From an uncultured Chitinophaga sp. (GTDB lineage: Bacteria; Bacteroidota; Bacteroidia; Bacteroidales; GCA-2748055): DNA of 64,000 nucleotides. The notes under the pieces are model-generated. The model worked only from the letters and a program-made list of their open reading frames with translations. It ran no database searches and was not told where the DNA came from. Below, piece by piece: positions 29,670 to 39,170 of this stretch. The position numbers and the translations under genes are program-made. Numbering within the stretch: position 1 is the stretch's first letter; each line of letters begins with the position of its first letter. Where the stretch lies: NCBI GenBank assembly GCA_964404825.1, contig CAYOLQ010000002.1:325-64324 (forward strand), written 5' to 3'.

Positions 29670-32600
29670 ATGAAAGGAAACTTTACCGTAATGAAAGCAC
29701 TTAAGAAACTAGTAATATGCGGCCTGATTTTATCTGTTCCATTGTTTTCATATGGAGCAGGGAGTGTCAGTATTTCCGGAACTATTACTACCAGTAATTC
29801 GGAACAGAATATTATTGATGGCGGACAAACTATAATCCTCAGTCTTACTGATGCTACATGGGCGGCATCCATCGAGGATAGTTTATCAAGCTGGCAATCG
29901 GCATTTTCTTCATCAGGTAGCTGGAGCGAAATAAGCTCTGCACTTTCCACTTCAGATTTTTCAAGGGTAAACGATACAGCTTTTGTAATTATCCTTCCGG
30001 CTTCTTCTTTATATGCGATTTGGGCAAATGAAGTAGTAACCCTTACCATTCCTAACTCACTGCTTGCAACCGGTAGTGCTCTCAATACCCCAACATTTAC
30101 CATTATAAATCAATCTCCAATTATCAGTATTAATGCCGCTTCAGGCATTCTGACTAATAACAATGAATCGTTTATAATTGCAGGTTTACAGACAATCATT
30201 ATAGATGTAGCAAGAGATAATTGGGCTACAAGTTTGGGCGCTAATAATGCAGTGACTACTGCTTTTATAAATGCTATTGATGGCGATCAAAGCTGGTCAG
30301 CTGTTGATGGTCCCTTATCTTATGCTAATATCAGTCGCACTTCTGAAACCCGGGTAACTATTACCCTGCCAGCCGCTGCTACATATGTAATAACTGAAAA
30401 TGAAACAGTTACATTCTCATTTCCGGGTAGCTCATACAGAAACAGTTCAGTTAAGGCTGTCAGCGATCCTACAGTAACAATATATGATTTAAATCCGGTT
30501 GTAACTTTAAGCGGTACTGCTTTGCCAACTCTTACGGAATCAAATATCCGGGCAGGTGGATATACTCTGATTTATGATGTGATCTACGATACATGGGCTA
30601 CAAACCTGGATGAAAATAATGCAGCAACCACGGAATTTCTTGAAGGATTAACAGGAAATCTGGACTGGCTCACGGTTACTGATGTGCTTATTTTTTCAAA
30701 TCTTACAAGGAATTCTGCCAGCAGAGTAACATTGTTGCTTCCGGCAGTACCAAGCTATGCCATAAGCTCAAATGAAACTGTCTCTGCAAGTATACCTGCC
30801 TCTGCTTTTAACGGCATATCCGGTGCATCTGCCGGAACAGCATTTACCGTTTCTAACCAACAGGCAGGCACTAATGTTACATGGTCAACCGGTACTTCAA
30901 CTATTGCTGAGGCTCAGGTTCGTTCCGGAGTTCCTCCACTTACTCTGACTCTTGATTTGACCAGCAGCGACAGCTGGATTACGAGTATACCAACCCTTAA
31001 AACTAATTTTATTGCTGCACTCAGTAATGGAGCAGGAAGCGAGTGGGATACAAAGGTTCTTCCAAATATTTCAGTAAACAGATCGTCAGCTACAAGATTG
31101 GTTATATCGTTTACTGCAGCAGCTAGTTTTGATATAACTAGCCTTCGGACAATAACTTACTCAATTTCCGATAATTCACTTATAGCTTCGAGCGGGGCAT
31201 CAGTGACTCCGGCTACCTCAGGTTTCTCAATTACTCCTTTACCAGCAAGCGTAAGCATTAGTCCCGGCAGCATAAGCGAAGCCGGTCTGAACGGAGGAAC
31301 AATCGATCTGACTATTTCTGAAGATGTATTTACTGATCCGGCATCTGTAGCTGTAAATTATTTTTCCATCAGCGCACCGGCGGGTGCAAGTATAAGCACC
31401 GTTACGAACAGAACTTCAACCGGAGTTCGTCTGACTTTGGCCTACGAGGGGGATATTGATACAAATGGTAGTATTCAGATTACCATAGTAAACGGTCTCG
31501 CCGGAGGGGGCACACTAATTTCCAACTCAACAACCGTCGTGGCAGTCATTGAACCGGTAATAACTGGTGTATCAATTCCTAATCAAACATATAAAATAAG
31601 TGATGCGGTTCCGGTAACCATAACTGTACAGGATGACGGAGGCCAGATTTTTACCCTGACATCAGGTTCTGTTGGAGGTCGCTCCTTATCCGGATTTTCA
31701 CGCATAAACTCTACAACCTACTCTGCCAGTTTTACAGTTCTTTCCGGAACAACAGATTACCCAGCATTATCCGATATTCCGGTTTCAGTTCAGTTGCAGA
31801 TATCCGGTCGTCCGGGAAATCTGTTTAATACACCGATAAGTCAGATTGCTGACCTGATTGATGCCAATCCCCCTGTAATAAATTCGTATCAGGCTCTAGG
31901 AGGCGTTCATAAAGCTGGTGATATAATTCAGCTGATTGTTAGTGCCGATCAGGCGGGTTACACAATAGATAATACACAGACCAGTATTAATAGCATTCCG
32001 ATTACTAACCCTTCTTTCGCATTTATCAGTGAAGCTGGAGGAACGTATTATTTAAGCTACAAGATTTCGGTAAATGATAACGATGTACTTACTCCGGTAG
32101 CACTTAGCGGACAAATTGTACTTAAAGATCCTGCAGGAAACAGCAGTCTGGTCAAAAATGTTACTGCTGTATCAGGCGCTTTTTCAATTGATGCACATTC
32201 TCCGATTATCTCCGGAGTTACAGCTCCGGATAGTATTTATATAAGCGGGGAAACACTTATTCTTACTATTAATAGCGATGGTGCGGGTTACAGTTTATCC
32301 CCCGAAACCTTTATAAATGGTATATCCTTCAGTTCGGGCAGGTTTTCATTAAATGGTACCGGACCGGTATATACCCTGAATTATCCTGTACTGGCAACTG
32401 ATGCCGAAGTTAGTGCCGGAAATCTTCCGGTGAATATCGTTTTAAAGGATGTTGCCGGAAACAAATCAAACCCTTTAACATCCTTTTCGAATACTGTTTC
32501 TGTCTTTACCACAAAACCCACTGCTTTTATCAGTGGAAATGCTTCAATTTGTAAGGGTGATTCAGCAATTCTTTATGTAAGTTTAACGGGAAAAAGCAAA

Positions 32601-35600
32601 TGGAATATTGTTGTGTCAAACGGATCTTCTACCAGTAATTACAATAACATAAGCAGTTCACCTTTCAGTTTTAAGATTGGCCCTGGCGTAAATACAAATT
32701 ATACAGTACAGTCAATTACCGATAAAAACGGTCTTACCAATACAGGAACAGGCACTGCAAGTATTATTGTTAATATTGGAACACCGGTAAATATTACTCC
32801 TGTTGGCAGTGCTTACAATCTGCTTGCATCACCTGTTCAATTATCAGCAGTTCCTTCAGGAGGATTATTCAGTGGACCGGGAGTTGTAAGCTCAGTTAAT
32901 AAATTCTATCCCGATATTGCCGGAGTTCCCAACTCTCCCCACACTATTATTTACACCTATACAAATGGATTTGGATGTAAAAGCTATGACAGCATATCTA
33001 TTGGTGTGGTTGAAGCCAGAGGGGGAATTGAACTGGATGATTTATACTGTTACAACGATGAACCTTTTCTGGCAGCAGCAATTACTGATAGTACAGAAAT
33101 TATTGGACGGTTTGAACTTTTCTTTAAAGAGGCCATTGTACAAGAGGGTAACGGAATTCATGATAACGGAAACAATACAGCATTAATAACGCCATCTTTA
33201 TTAAACCCGGGCGAGTATCTTCTCAGATATAAGTATTTTCTAAAAGATACTCTTACTCTTGAAGAGAACTTCATAATAGAATTTATTGAGCAACCTAAAT
33301 TTCTCGGATTCCCCGATCCTGCCACTATCTGTCAGAACGAAGTCCCGCTAAACCTTCAGGGTGACGCCCGGAGAGGGGAGTTCACAGGTTTAGGAATAAC
33401 AGGAAACAGCGCGAGTGGATTTAAATTTGATCCGTCCGTTACCGGGCATGGAAGATATACAATTACGTATACTGACTCAACAGTCAACAGATGCAAAAAT
33501 CAGATTAGCAAAGATATTACCGTATACTTTGTGCCGGATATGGGATTTACTGCAAGTGATAGTTGTGTTTTTTCATTCAATCCCGGAAGCGAAATATTTT
33601 TTAATAACACTACTGTTGAAAAGGATTCAATCAAATCCTGGTTCTGGAATTTCGATGATGTTAATTCGGGTTCCAGTAACTTTAGCACACTTCAGTCTCC
33701 ATCCCACTTTTTCAATAAGTCGGGGAAATATTCAATATCACTTATTGATACCACAACCAATGGCTGTCCTGATCGTCACGAAATCACATTTGATTTTGGC
33801 GATAAACCAACCGGTGGTTTTGAAGTCGTTAACAAATGCTTCACCGTTGGAACCCTGACAGAGTTTAATAGTTTAACCAGTTCTAATGATGGAATTAAAG
33901 ATTATTACTGGAAAATTCATTTGGAGGACGGTATTCAGGTTGATACGCTAATATCATCTGAGACATATAAATTCCAGTTTTTACAGGAAGGGATATACCT
34001 TATTGAACATATTGTAACCTCGAATACCAATTGTACTCTGGCATTATCCGATTCCATAATTCTGAAACCTACAATTGTGGTAAAAAAAGGGATCCCCCAT
34101 AATGAGCTGGATCTTTTTGAAGGAGGCTGGAGTAGTAGTAACTCAATGGATATGGCATATCCGGGGTTAAGCTGGAGATGGGGAATCCCCGATTTCATAA
34201 GTCTGGCCGGAGGTACGGAAAAAGCATGGTATACTCAAAGAAGCAATTCTATGCTGCCGGAGCTTTCTTCTCTGATAAGTTCATGTTTCAACATTAGTGA
34301 ACTCGACAGACCAATGATTAAAATGGATATCTTCCGGAACTTTGGCAGCACTCAGGATGCTGCTATTCTTGAAACTTCAACCGATAACGGAGAAAACTGG
34401 AATGCGTTGGGTAACCCTGGTGATGGCATTAACTGGTACAGTGATTATCAGACTACAAACTTTGCTTTCAATAAAAACTATGGCTGGGCTAATTCAAGCG
34501 GTTCAGTACCCGATACATCATGGATTGAATCGCGTCATGTTCTTGATCCGGTAATTGGTTCATCAAATCTTCAGTTCCGGCTTGTCTTTGGTGCAGAGGA
34601 AAGCACTGTTCAGGATTATGAGGGATTTGCATTTCGTAATATTACTATTGGTGAAAGGAACAGATTCAGTGTTCTCGAACACTTTGTAAATACTACCTCG
34701 GTTAATCCTGTTAAGGATAAGGTAAAATCTGCTAATATCAAGGTAAATGCACTCTATAAAAAGGATTTTTTGTATAAAGATTTCGTAAAACTTGAGTACC
34801 ATACACGCTTCCCTTCAGTCAATGATCCTATTAACCTTTTTAACCGCGACGTACCCGGAGCAAGAGCGTATTATTATGGTGTCACAACAGTGCCTTATTC
34901 CTTACTGGACGGGGGAGACAGAACCGGCAGGCGCTTTGACTTTTCCGATACAAAATTTGAACCCAGGGAAATCGACATAAACCTTAGATCTCTGGTTGAT
35001 CCCGCCTTAAAAATAAGCGTTATTGCGCAGGAAAACGGAGATGATCTTAATGTTGGCGTTAAGCTTACAGCTCTGGAGAACCTGCCGGCAGAAGAAAGGG
35101 TGTTATATGTTGTACTTTATGAAACTATGGTCTCCGGTATTGTAGCTGAAAATGGCGAATTGCAGTTTCAGAATGTTGTGCGTAATATGATTCCTGATGC
35201 AGGGGGAACAACAATATATCAGGCGTTTTCTGCTACACCTCAAGATACTACGCAACTTGAATATAATTTTTCAGCCAGCTTAAATAATCTGGATAAGGAT
35301 TATATCCGTGTAGCAGTTTATTTCCAGAACGATTTTTCCGGCGAGATTTATCAGGCAGCTTTATCTGACTATAGCCGGTCGATTGGGACAAAAGTTAATC
35401 CTGAAATAAAGTTTGAGAACGGTTTATCCGTTTATCCGAACCCCGCTGCTGATTTTGTTGAAGTAAATATTTCCGGTGCTGTTAGCAGACCTTCACAACT
35501 GGAATTTTTTGACCAGCTTGGACGAAAGGTTCATAGTGAAACTATTCCATCCTATGAAAACAGAATAATAATAAATACCTCAGGTTTTACCAGGGGAATT

Positions 35601-35669
35601 TATCATCTGAGAATTACAAGAGATGGTATTCAGAATTCGGAAATTGTAAAGCTGGTTATTATTAACTGA
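29670..35669 (+). CDS. giant T9SS-sorted cell-surface, adhesin-like protein
   Basis: 1999 aa. Signal peptide, five ~120-aa tandem repeats, three Ig-like ~105-aa modules, Cys-containing beta-sandwich modules and a PKD-like module (WFWNFDD). These are followed by a lectin/MAM-like region and a terminal type A sorting domain (LSVYPNPAADFVEVNI...GIYHLRI...KLVIIN). Confidence 0.8.
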   Translation: MKGNFTVMKALKKLVICGLILSVPLFSYGAGSVSISGTITTSNSEQNIIDGGQTIILSLTDATWAASIEDSLSSWQSAFSSSGSWSEISSALSTSDFSRVNDTAFVIILPASSLYAIWANEVVTLTIPNSLLATGSALNTPTFTIINQSPIISINAASGILTNNNESFIIAGLQTIIIDVARDNWATSLGANNAVTTAFINAIDGDQSWSAVDGPLSYANISRTSETRVTITLPAAATYVITENETVTFSFPGSSYRNSSVKAVSDPTVTIYDLNPVVTLSGTALPTLTESNIRAGGYTLIYDVIYDTWATNLDENNAATTEFLEGLTGNLDWLTVTDVLIFSNLTRNSASRVTLLLPAVPSYAISSNETVSASIPASAFNGISGASAGTAFTVSNQQAGTNVTWSTGTSTIAEAQVRSGVPPLTLTLDLTSSDSWITSIPTLKTNFIAALSNGAGSEWDTKVLPNISVNRSSATRLVISFTAAASFDITSLRTITYSISDNSLIASSGASVTPATSGFSITPLPASVSISPGSISEAGLNGGTIDLTISEDVFTDPASVAVNYFSISAPAGASISTVTNRTSTGVRLTLAYEGDIDTNGSIQITIVNGLAGGGTLISNSTTVVAVIEPVITGVSIPNQTYKISDAVPVTITVQDDGGQIFTLTSGSVGGRSLSGFSRINSTTYSASFTVLSGTTDYPALSDIPVSVQLQISGRPGNLFNTPISQIADLIDANPPVINSYQALGGVHKAGDIIQLIVSADQAGYTIDNTQTSINSIPITNPSFAFISEAGGTYYLSYKISVNDNDVLTPVALSGQIVLKDPAGNSSLVKNVTAVSGAFSIDAHSPIISGVTAPDSIYISGETLILTINSDGAGYSLSPETFINGISFSSGRFSLNGTGPVYTLNYPVLATDAEVSAGNLPVNIVLKDVAGNKSNPLTSFSNTVSVFTTKPTAFISGNASICKGDSAILYVSLTGKSKWNIVVSNGSSTSNYNNISSSPFSFKIGPGVNTNYTVQSITDKNGLTNTGTGTASIIVNIGTPVNITPVGSAYNLLASPVQLSAVPSGGLFSGPGVVSSVNKFYPDIAGVPNSPHTIIYTYTNGFGCKSYDSISIGVVEARGGIELDDLYCYNDEPFLAAAITDSTEIIGRFELFFKEAIVQEGNGIHDNGNNTALITPSLLNPGEYLLRYKYFLKDTLTLEENFIIEFIEQPKFLGFPDPATICQNEVPLNLQGDARRGEFTGLGITGNSASGFKFDPSVTGHGRYTITYTDSTVNRCKNQISKDITVYFVPDMGFTASDSCVFSFNPGSEIFFNNTTVEKDSIKSWFWNFDDVNSGSSNFSTLQSPSHFFNKSGKYSISLIDTTTNGCPDRHEITFDFGDKPTGGFEVVNKCFTVGTLTEFNSLTSSNDGIKDYYWKIHLEDGIQVDTLISSETYKFQFLQEGIYLIEHIVTSNTNCTLALSDSIILKPTIVVKKGIPHNELDLFEGGWSSSNSMDMAYPGLSWRWGIPDFISLAGGTEKAWYTQRSNSMLPELSSLISSCFNISELDRPMIKMDIFRNFGSTQDAAILETSTDNGENWNALGNPGDGINWYSDYQTTNFAFNKNYGWANSSGSVPDTSWIESRHVLDPVIGSSNLQFRLVFGAEESTVQDYEGFAFRNITIGERNRFSVLEHFVNTTSVNPVKDKVKSANIKVNALYKKDFLYKDFVKLEYHTRFPSVNDPINLFNRDVPGARAYYYGVTTVPYSLLDGGDRTGRRFDFSDTKFEPREIDINLRSLVDPALKISVIAQENGDDLNVGVKLTALENLPAEERVLYVVLYETMVSGIVAENGELQFQNVVRNMIPDAGGTTIYQAFSATPQDTTQLEYNFSASLNNLDKDYIRVAVYFQNDFSGEIYQAALSDYSRSIGTKVNPEIKFENGLSVYPNPAADFVEVNISGAVSRPSQLEFFDQLGRKVHSETIPSYENRIIINTSGFTRGIYHLRITRDGIQNSEIVKLVIIN

Positions 35670-35687
35670 CAGCAAGATTTCAAATAC

Positions 35688-36911
35688 TTATTCACTTTCG
35701 GGAACGGCTTGTAAAAGCTTTTCCCCGAAAGTTTTACCAAATTCTGTCAGGCGCTCTGCCTTTCCGTTATTTGGATAAAACTTCTCTGACATTCCCTCTA
35801 TAAGAATGTTAAACTTCAGATTTTTGAGGTGGTCCTCAATTAATTTCACAGCCTCTCCGCTCCATCCAAAAGAGCCAAAAACTGCTGCTGGTTTCCCTTT
35901 ATCACGAATCGGATTAATTAGTGAAAACAGCTTATAAACCGGAAGAAGGGTATTCTGGTTAATAGTTGGGGATCCAATTATTATTGCATTGCACATAACG
36001 ATTCTTTCTTCAAGGTCTCCCAAAAGAATATTTTCAACATCAACCATATCAATCTCAAAATCCCCGGCCTGAACCAGTCCTGATGAAATTTGTCTCGCCA
36101 TTTCGGCCGTATAACCATATGCTGAAACATATGCAAGCAAAATCCTGTTGCTTTTGTTTTTCACAATTTTAATGTACTCAGTTGCCCGTTCTTCTGAAGT
36201 ATCAATAGCTTTTTTCCAGAATGATCGTAAAATCGGACCGTGTCCGGGACAAATTGCATCAATTTTGAGCACACGGATTTTTTCAATGGCCTTAAGCATG
36301 AACTTGCTGAATGGTTTCAGAATTACATCGAAATAGAAATTGAAGGCTTCGTCATAATTGCCCGTTTTATCATCGAACATATCAGGATGACAGAAATGTG
36401 CTCCGAAAGCATCGCAGGTAAACAGTATTTTATCCTCTTCAAGGTATGTAAAAATAGTATCGGGCCAGTGAAGATTGGGTGCAGCAATGATTCTTAACTT
36501 TTTATTCCCGAGATCGATTATATCTCCATCTTTTACTTTTAAAGACTTAAATGGCATTCCAATCATCTCGTGCAGGTAATTCAAAGCCTGCCCGCTACCG
36601 ATAACTGTGAGCCCTGGGGAAAGCTGGAGTATATTTTTTATGCATCCGGAATGGTCAGGTTCGGTGTGATTGCAAACGATATAATCAATTTTTGTCGGAT
36701 CAGTTAATGATTTTAATTTGGCAAGATAAACATCCCAAAACTCAGCTTTCACAGTATCTATAAGCGTTTTTTTCTCCGCATTAATAAAATAGGAATTATA
36801 GCTTGTTCCGAATTTAGTTTCCATAACTATGTCGAATGTAACAATGTCACGGTCAAGAACCCCTGTCCAGAAAACTTCAGGTTTTACTTCAAGAACTTTG
36901 GAATCTTTCAT
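35688..36911 (-). CDS. FprA-family flavodiiron protein (O2/NO reductase type)
   Basis: 407 aa. Metallo-beta-lactamase-like diiron motif HTEPDHSG plus a C-terminal flavodoxin-like domain. Confidence 0.85.
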   Translation of the reverse strand: MKDSKVLEVKPEVFWTGVLDRDIVTFDIVMETKFGTSYNSYFINAEKKTLIDTVKAEFWDVYLAKLKSLTDPTKIDYIVCNHTEPDHSGCIKNILQLSPGLTVIGSGQALNYLHEMIGMPFKSLKVKDGDIIDLGNKKLRIIAAPNLHWPDTIFTYLEEDKILFTCDAFGAHFCHPDMFDDKTGNYDEAFNFYFDVILKPFSKFMLKAIEKIRVLKIDAICPGHGPILRSFWKKAIDTSEERATEYIKIVKNKSNRILLAYVSAYGYTAEMARQISSGLVQAGDFEIDMVDVENILLGDLEERIVMCNAIIIGSPTINQNTLLPVYKLFSLINPIRDKGKPAAVFGSFGWSGEAVKLIEDHLKNLKFNILIEGMSEKFYPNNGKAERLTEFGKTFGEKLLQAVPESE

Positions 36912-36940
36912 TTGATGTTTAGCTCATTATAATTAGAATG

Positions 36941-36948
36941 CAAAAATA
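36941..36948 (-). promoter_or_regulatory. candidate -7 box (TATTTTTG) for the flavodiiron gene
   Basis: The reverse complement of caaaaata matches TAnnTTTG 30 nt upstream of the ATG at 36911, downstream of the terminator at 37000-37035. Confidence 0.35.
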
Positions 36949-36999
36949 GCTATGACTGCCTTCTTATCCAACTGGAAAAGTCATAGAATCATTAAATAT

Positions 37000-37035
37000 A
37001 GAAAATAAAAAAGGCTGTCCGTGAGAACAGCCTTT
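37000..37035 (-). terminator. Rho-independent terminator after the small secreted-protein gene
   Basis: 9-bp stem aaaggctgt/acagccttt with a 9-nt loop, followed on the minus strand by TTATTTTC. It lies 47 nt after the stop at 37082. Confidence 0.5.
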
Positions 37036-37081
37036 CATTTGAAATACACGATTCAGATTATTTCTTTTCTGTAACGGAGTA

Positions 37082-37306
37082 TTATTTTTTACTATCGCAA
37101 CATGCTTTTTTTTCTGTTGCGCATTCTGCTTTCTTTTCAGTTGAGCATTCTGCTTTTTTCTCTGATTCAGCAGCAGTTTTTGCTTTTTTGGGTTTGTCGT
37201 CAATAACCTTAACTGCGATAGGTGATGAATATGAAGCTGCGATAGCGGGGCTTGCAATAGCTCCGAAGAAAGCAACCAGTGCGATTACTGCAAAAAATTT
37301 CTTCAT
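37082..37306 (-). CDS. small secreted Lys/Glu/Cys-rich repeat protein
   Basis: 74 aa. Clear signal peptide MKKFFAVIALVAFFGAIASPAIA, then EKKAEC-S-T / EKKAEC-A-T / EKKACC tandem octads. It has its own terminator. Confidence 0.5.
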   Translation of the reverse strand: MKKFFAVIALVAFFGAIASPAIAASYSSPIAVKVIDDKPKKAKTAAESEKKAECSTEKKAECATEKKACCDSKK

Positions 37307-37399
37307 GATTTTTTATTTTTATAGTTATACAATGAGAAACAAATATAGGAACTTAAGGATATATGTGGTGTTAATGACATGTTAAAAGTAAAAAAACCA

Positions 37400-38062
37400 T
37401 CATAAGCGGGCCAGAACAGTCTGACTGCCAACTACCATTTCCCCTTGTTTTACCATAATTTTTGTCCCGATCGGGAAAAATATGTCAACCCTTGAGCCAA
37501 ATTTAATAAATCCAAGTTCCTCACCTGTACTAAATGAATTTCCCTGTCTGGCATAACAAATAATTCTTCTTGCAACTGCACCTGCAATCTGACGAAGTAA
37601 TACAGCTGTATTTTTTTGATTTTCAATTACAACGCTAGTCCTTTCATTTAAAGTACTTGATTTAGGGTGTATTGCCAATAAGAATTTACCGGGATGGTAT
37701 TTATAATATTTTACTTTCCCTTTAAAAGGAAAGAAATTTATATGCACATCCCAAATTGACATAAATATGGAAACCTGTAATCTCCGGTCTTTAAAGAACT
37801 CTTCTTCAACTGTTTCTTCGATAACAACAACTTTTCCATCAGCCGGTGAATAAAACGAACCTTCATCAAATTTCTGATCACGGACAGGAACCCTGAAAAA
37901 TCTGGCAACAAAAATAATCAGCAAGACAAAAATGGTTATTACCGGATAAAAGATCCATTTAACATCGGGTATTAAAACAAAGAGAATTATACCTGTGAAA
38001 ATCAGAATACTGGAGATTATGGAAAAAATTAACCGGCCTTCTTTATGGATACGTATCATCAT
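37400..38062 (-). CDS. psd: phosphatidylserine decarboxylase proenzyme (short, Bacteroidota type)
   Basis: 220 aa. N-terminal TM helices and the cleavage-site motif GFIKFGSRVD. The start overlaps the cdsA stop by 1 nt. Confidence 0.9.
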   Translation of the reverse strand: MMIRIHKEGRLIFSIISSILIFTGIILFVLIPDVKWIFYPVITIFVLLIIFVARFFRVPVRDQKFDEGSFYSPADGKVVVIEETVEEEFFKDRRLQVSIFMSIWDVHINFFPFKGKVKYYKYHPGKFLLAIHPKSSTLNERTSVVIENQKNTAVLLRQIAGAVARRIICYARQGNSFSTGEELGFIKFGSRVDIFFPIGTKIMVKQGEMVVGSQTVLARL

Positions 38063-38883
38063 TAGATTTTTATCAGGTAAATGTACAAAAATACAAATGG
38101 AGTAATCATTAAAATGGAATCGAAGCGATCCAGAATACCCCCATGGCCCGGCATTAATTTACCGGAATCTTTGACTCCTGCTTCTCTTTTTAAAAGAGAT
38201 TCAAACAGATCCCCCACAGTTCCTGTCAGCACAATTATTATACTCAGGATTATCCAGTCATAAAAGTTTAACAAATCAGTAAATTCTGAGAATATATAAG
38301 CCACGAGAACTGCGAAAATCATTCCGCCAAAAAAACCCTCCCATGACTTTTTTGGAGATATTGATGGAGCCATTTTGTGTTTACCAAGTAAAATGCCGCT
38401 TATGTACGCCCCGGTGTCATAAGTCCAGATTATAAAAAGTGTACCGATAAGAATTTCGGGATTGTACTGCAAACCGGTTAGCTGATTCCTGGTTAAAAAT
38501 AGAATCAGTGATAGGGGCAATATTATATACAAAAGCCCGGTAACAGTAATAATAAGGGATTGAACCATTTCAGTTCTCCTGACAAAAATAAAGGAAAACC
38601 ACAGCCCAACCACCGGAACTATTGTAAGAAGGAGAAATTTTTGGGGTAGTATAGACTGCCTTTCCATAAAAACTACCAGAAGCACCAGAATTCCGGACAA
38701 GATCCCAGCTTTCACAAATGGGGCGAATCCCCTTAAAAAAAATATTGTATAATATTCATGTAGTGCGATAGCTGATATGGCAATCAGCAGGAAGAACAGA
38801 GACCAGGGACTCCAGAGAACAGACCCCATCATCAGGATGAAGAAAACAGCGCCGGTCAGACTTCGTTTAAGAAATTCGTTCAA
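38062..38883 (-). CDS. cdsA: phosphatidate cytidylyltransferase
   Basis: 273 aa, multi-TM, with signature SLLKREAGVKDSGKLMPGHGGILDRFDS. Confidence 0.9.
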   Translation of the reverse strand: MNEFLKRSLTGAVFFILMMGSVLWSPWSLFFLLIAISAIALHEYYTIFFLRGFAPFVKAGILSGILVLLVVFMERQSILPQKFLLLTIVPVVGLWFSFIFVRRTEMVQSLIITVTGLLYIILPLSLILFLTRNQLTGLQYNPEILIGTLFIIWTYDTGAYISGILLGKHKMAPSISPKKSWEGFFGGMIFAVLVAYIFSEFTDLLNFYDWIILSIIIVLTGTVGDLFESLLKREAGVKDSGKLMPGHGGILDRFDSILMITPFVFLYIYLIKI

Positions 38884-38898
38884 TTTATTACACTTTGT

Positions 38899-39108
38899 TT
38901 ATGTGGAAAGTTCAAACTTTTCAATTAAAAGTTTTGCTTTCATAACATCATCAGGTTTGGCGTATACTTCGATATCTCCGAAAAGATATGAAGAATCCTG
39001 TTTGTTAAGTACAAATGAAGCAATTCCGTTATCAGCCAGATATTCTTTAAGAATTTCAGCGGTATATTGCTTGCTGCATGAATAAACCAAAACCCAGTTA
39101 TCATCCAT
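38899..39108 (-). CDS. DUF2007-like small protein
   Basis: 69 aa. The W-x-x-V/L-Y pattern, AEILKEYLADNGI and a second beta-alpha unit are consistent with DUF2007. Confidence 0.5.
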   Translation of the reverse strand: MDDNWVLVYSCSKQYTAEILKEYLADNGIASFVLNKQDSSYLFGDIEVYAKPDDVMKAKLLIEKFELST

Positions 39109-39170
39109 AAGTTGTCAGTCAAAAATGTGAAAGTTAAACTATTCTTGCACATTTATTCCGGAATAACCCG

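Noticed and set aside
29594-30103. 169-aa minus-strand ORF overlapping the start of the giant adhesin gene. Similar antisense ORFs occur at 27031-27525, 25255-25611, 24430-24828, 3056-3457 and 11789-12229.
   Set aside because: All lie entirely inside, and antisense to, long ORFs with strong domain evidence. They have low-complexity or Ser/Leu/Ile-rich composition and no recognisable motifs, so they are typical shadow ORFs.
33415-33858. 147-aa same-strand, alternative-frame ORF inside the giant adhesin gene, considered as a possible frameshift or nested gene.
   Set aside because: The main frame is uninterrupted for 1999 codons with coherent domain structure across this region. The alternative frame has no motifs.
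36964-37275. 103-aa minus-strand ORF overlapping the 74-aa secreted-peptide ORF in another frame.
   Set aside because: It has no signal peptide or domain, it is Gln/Lys low-complexity, and it reads straight through the terminator hairpin at 37000-37035. The 74-aa frame, with its clean signal peptide, is favoured.
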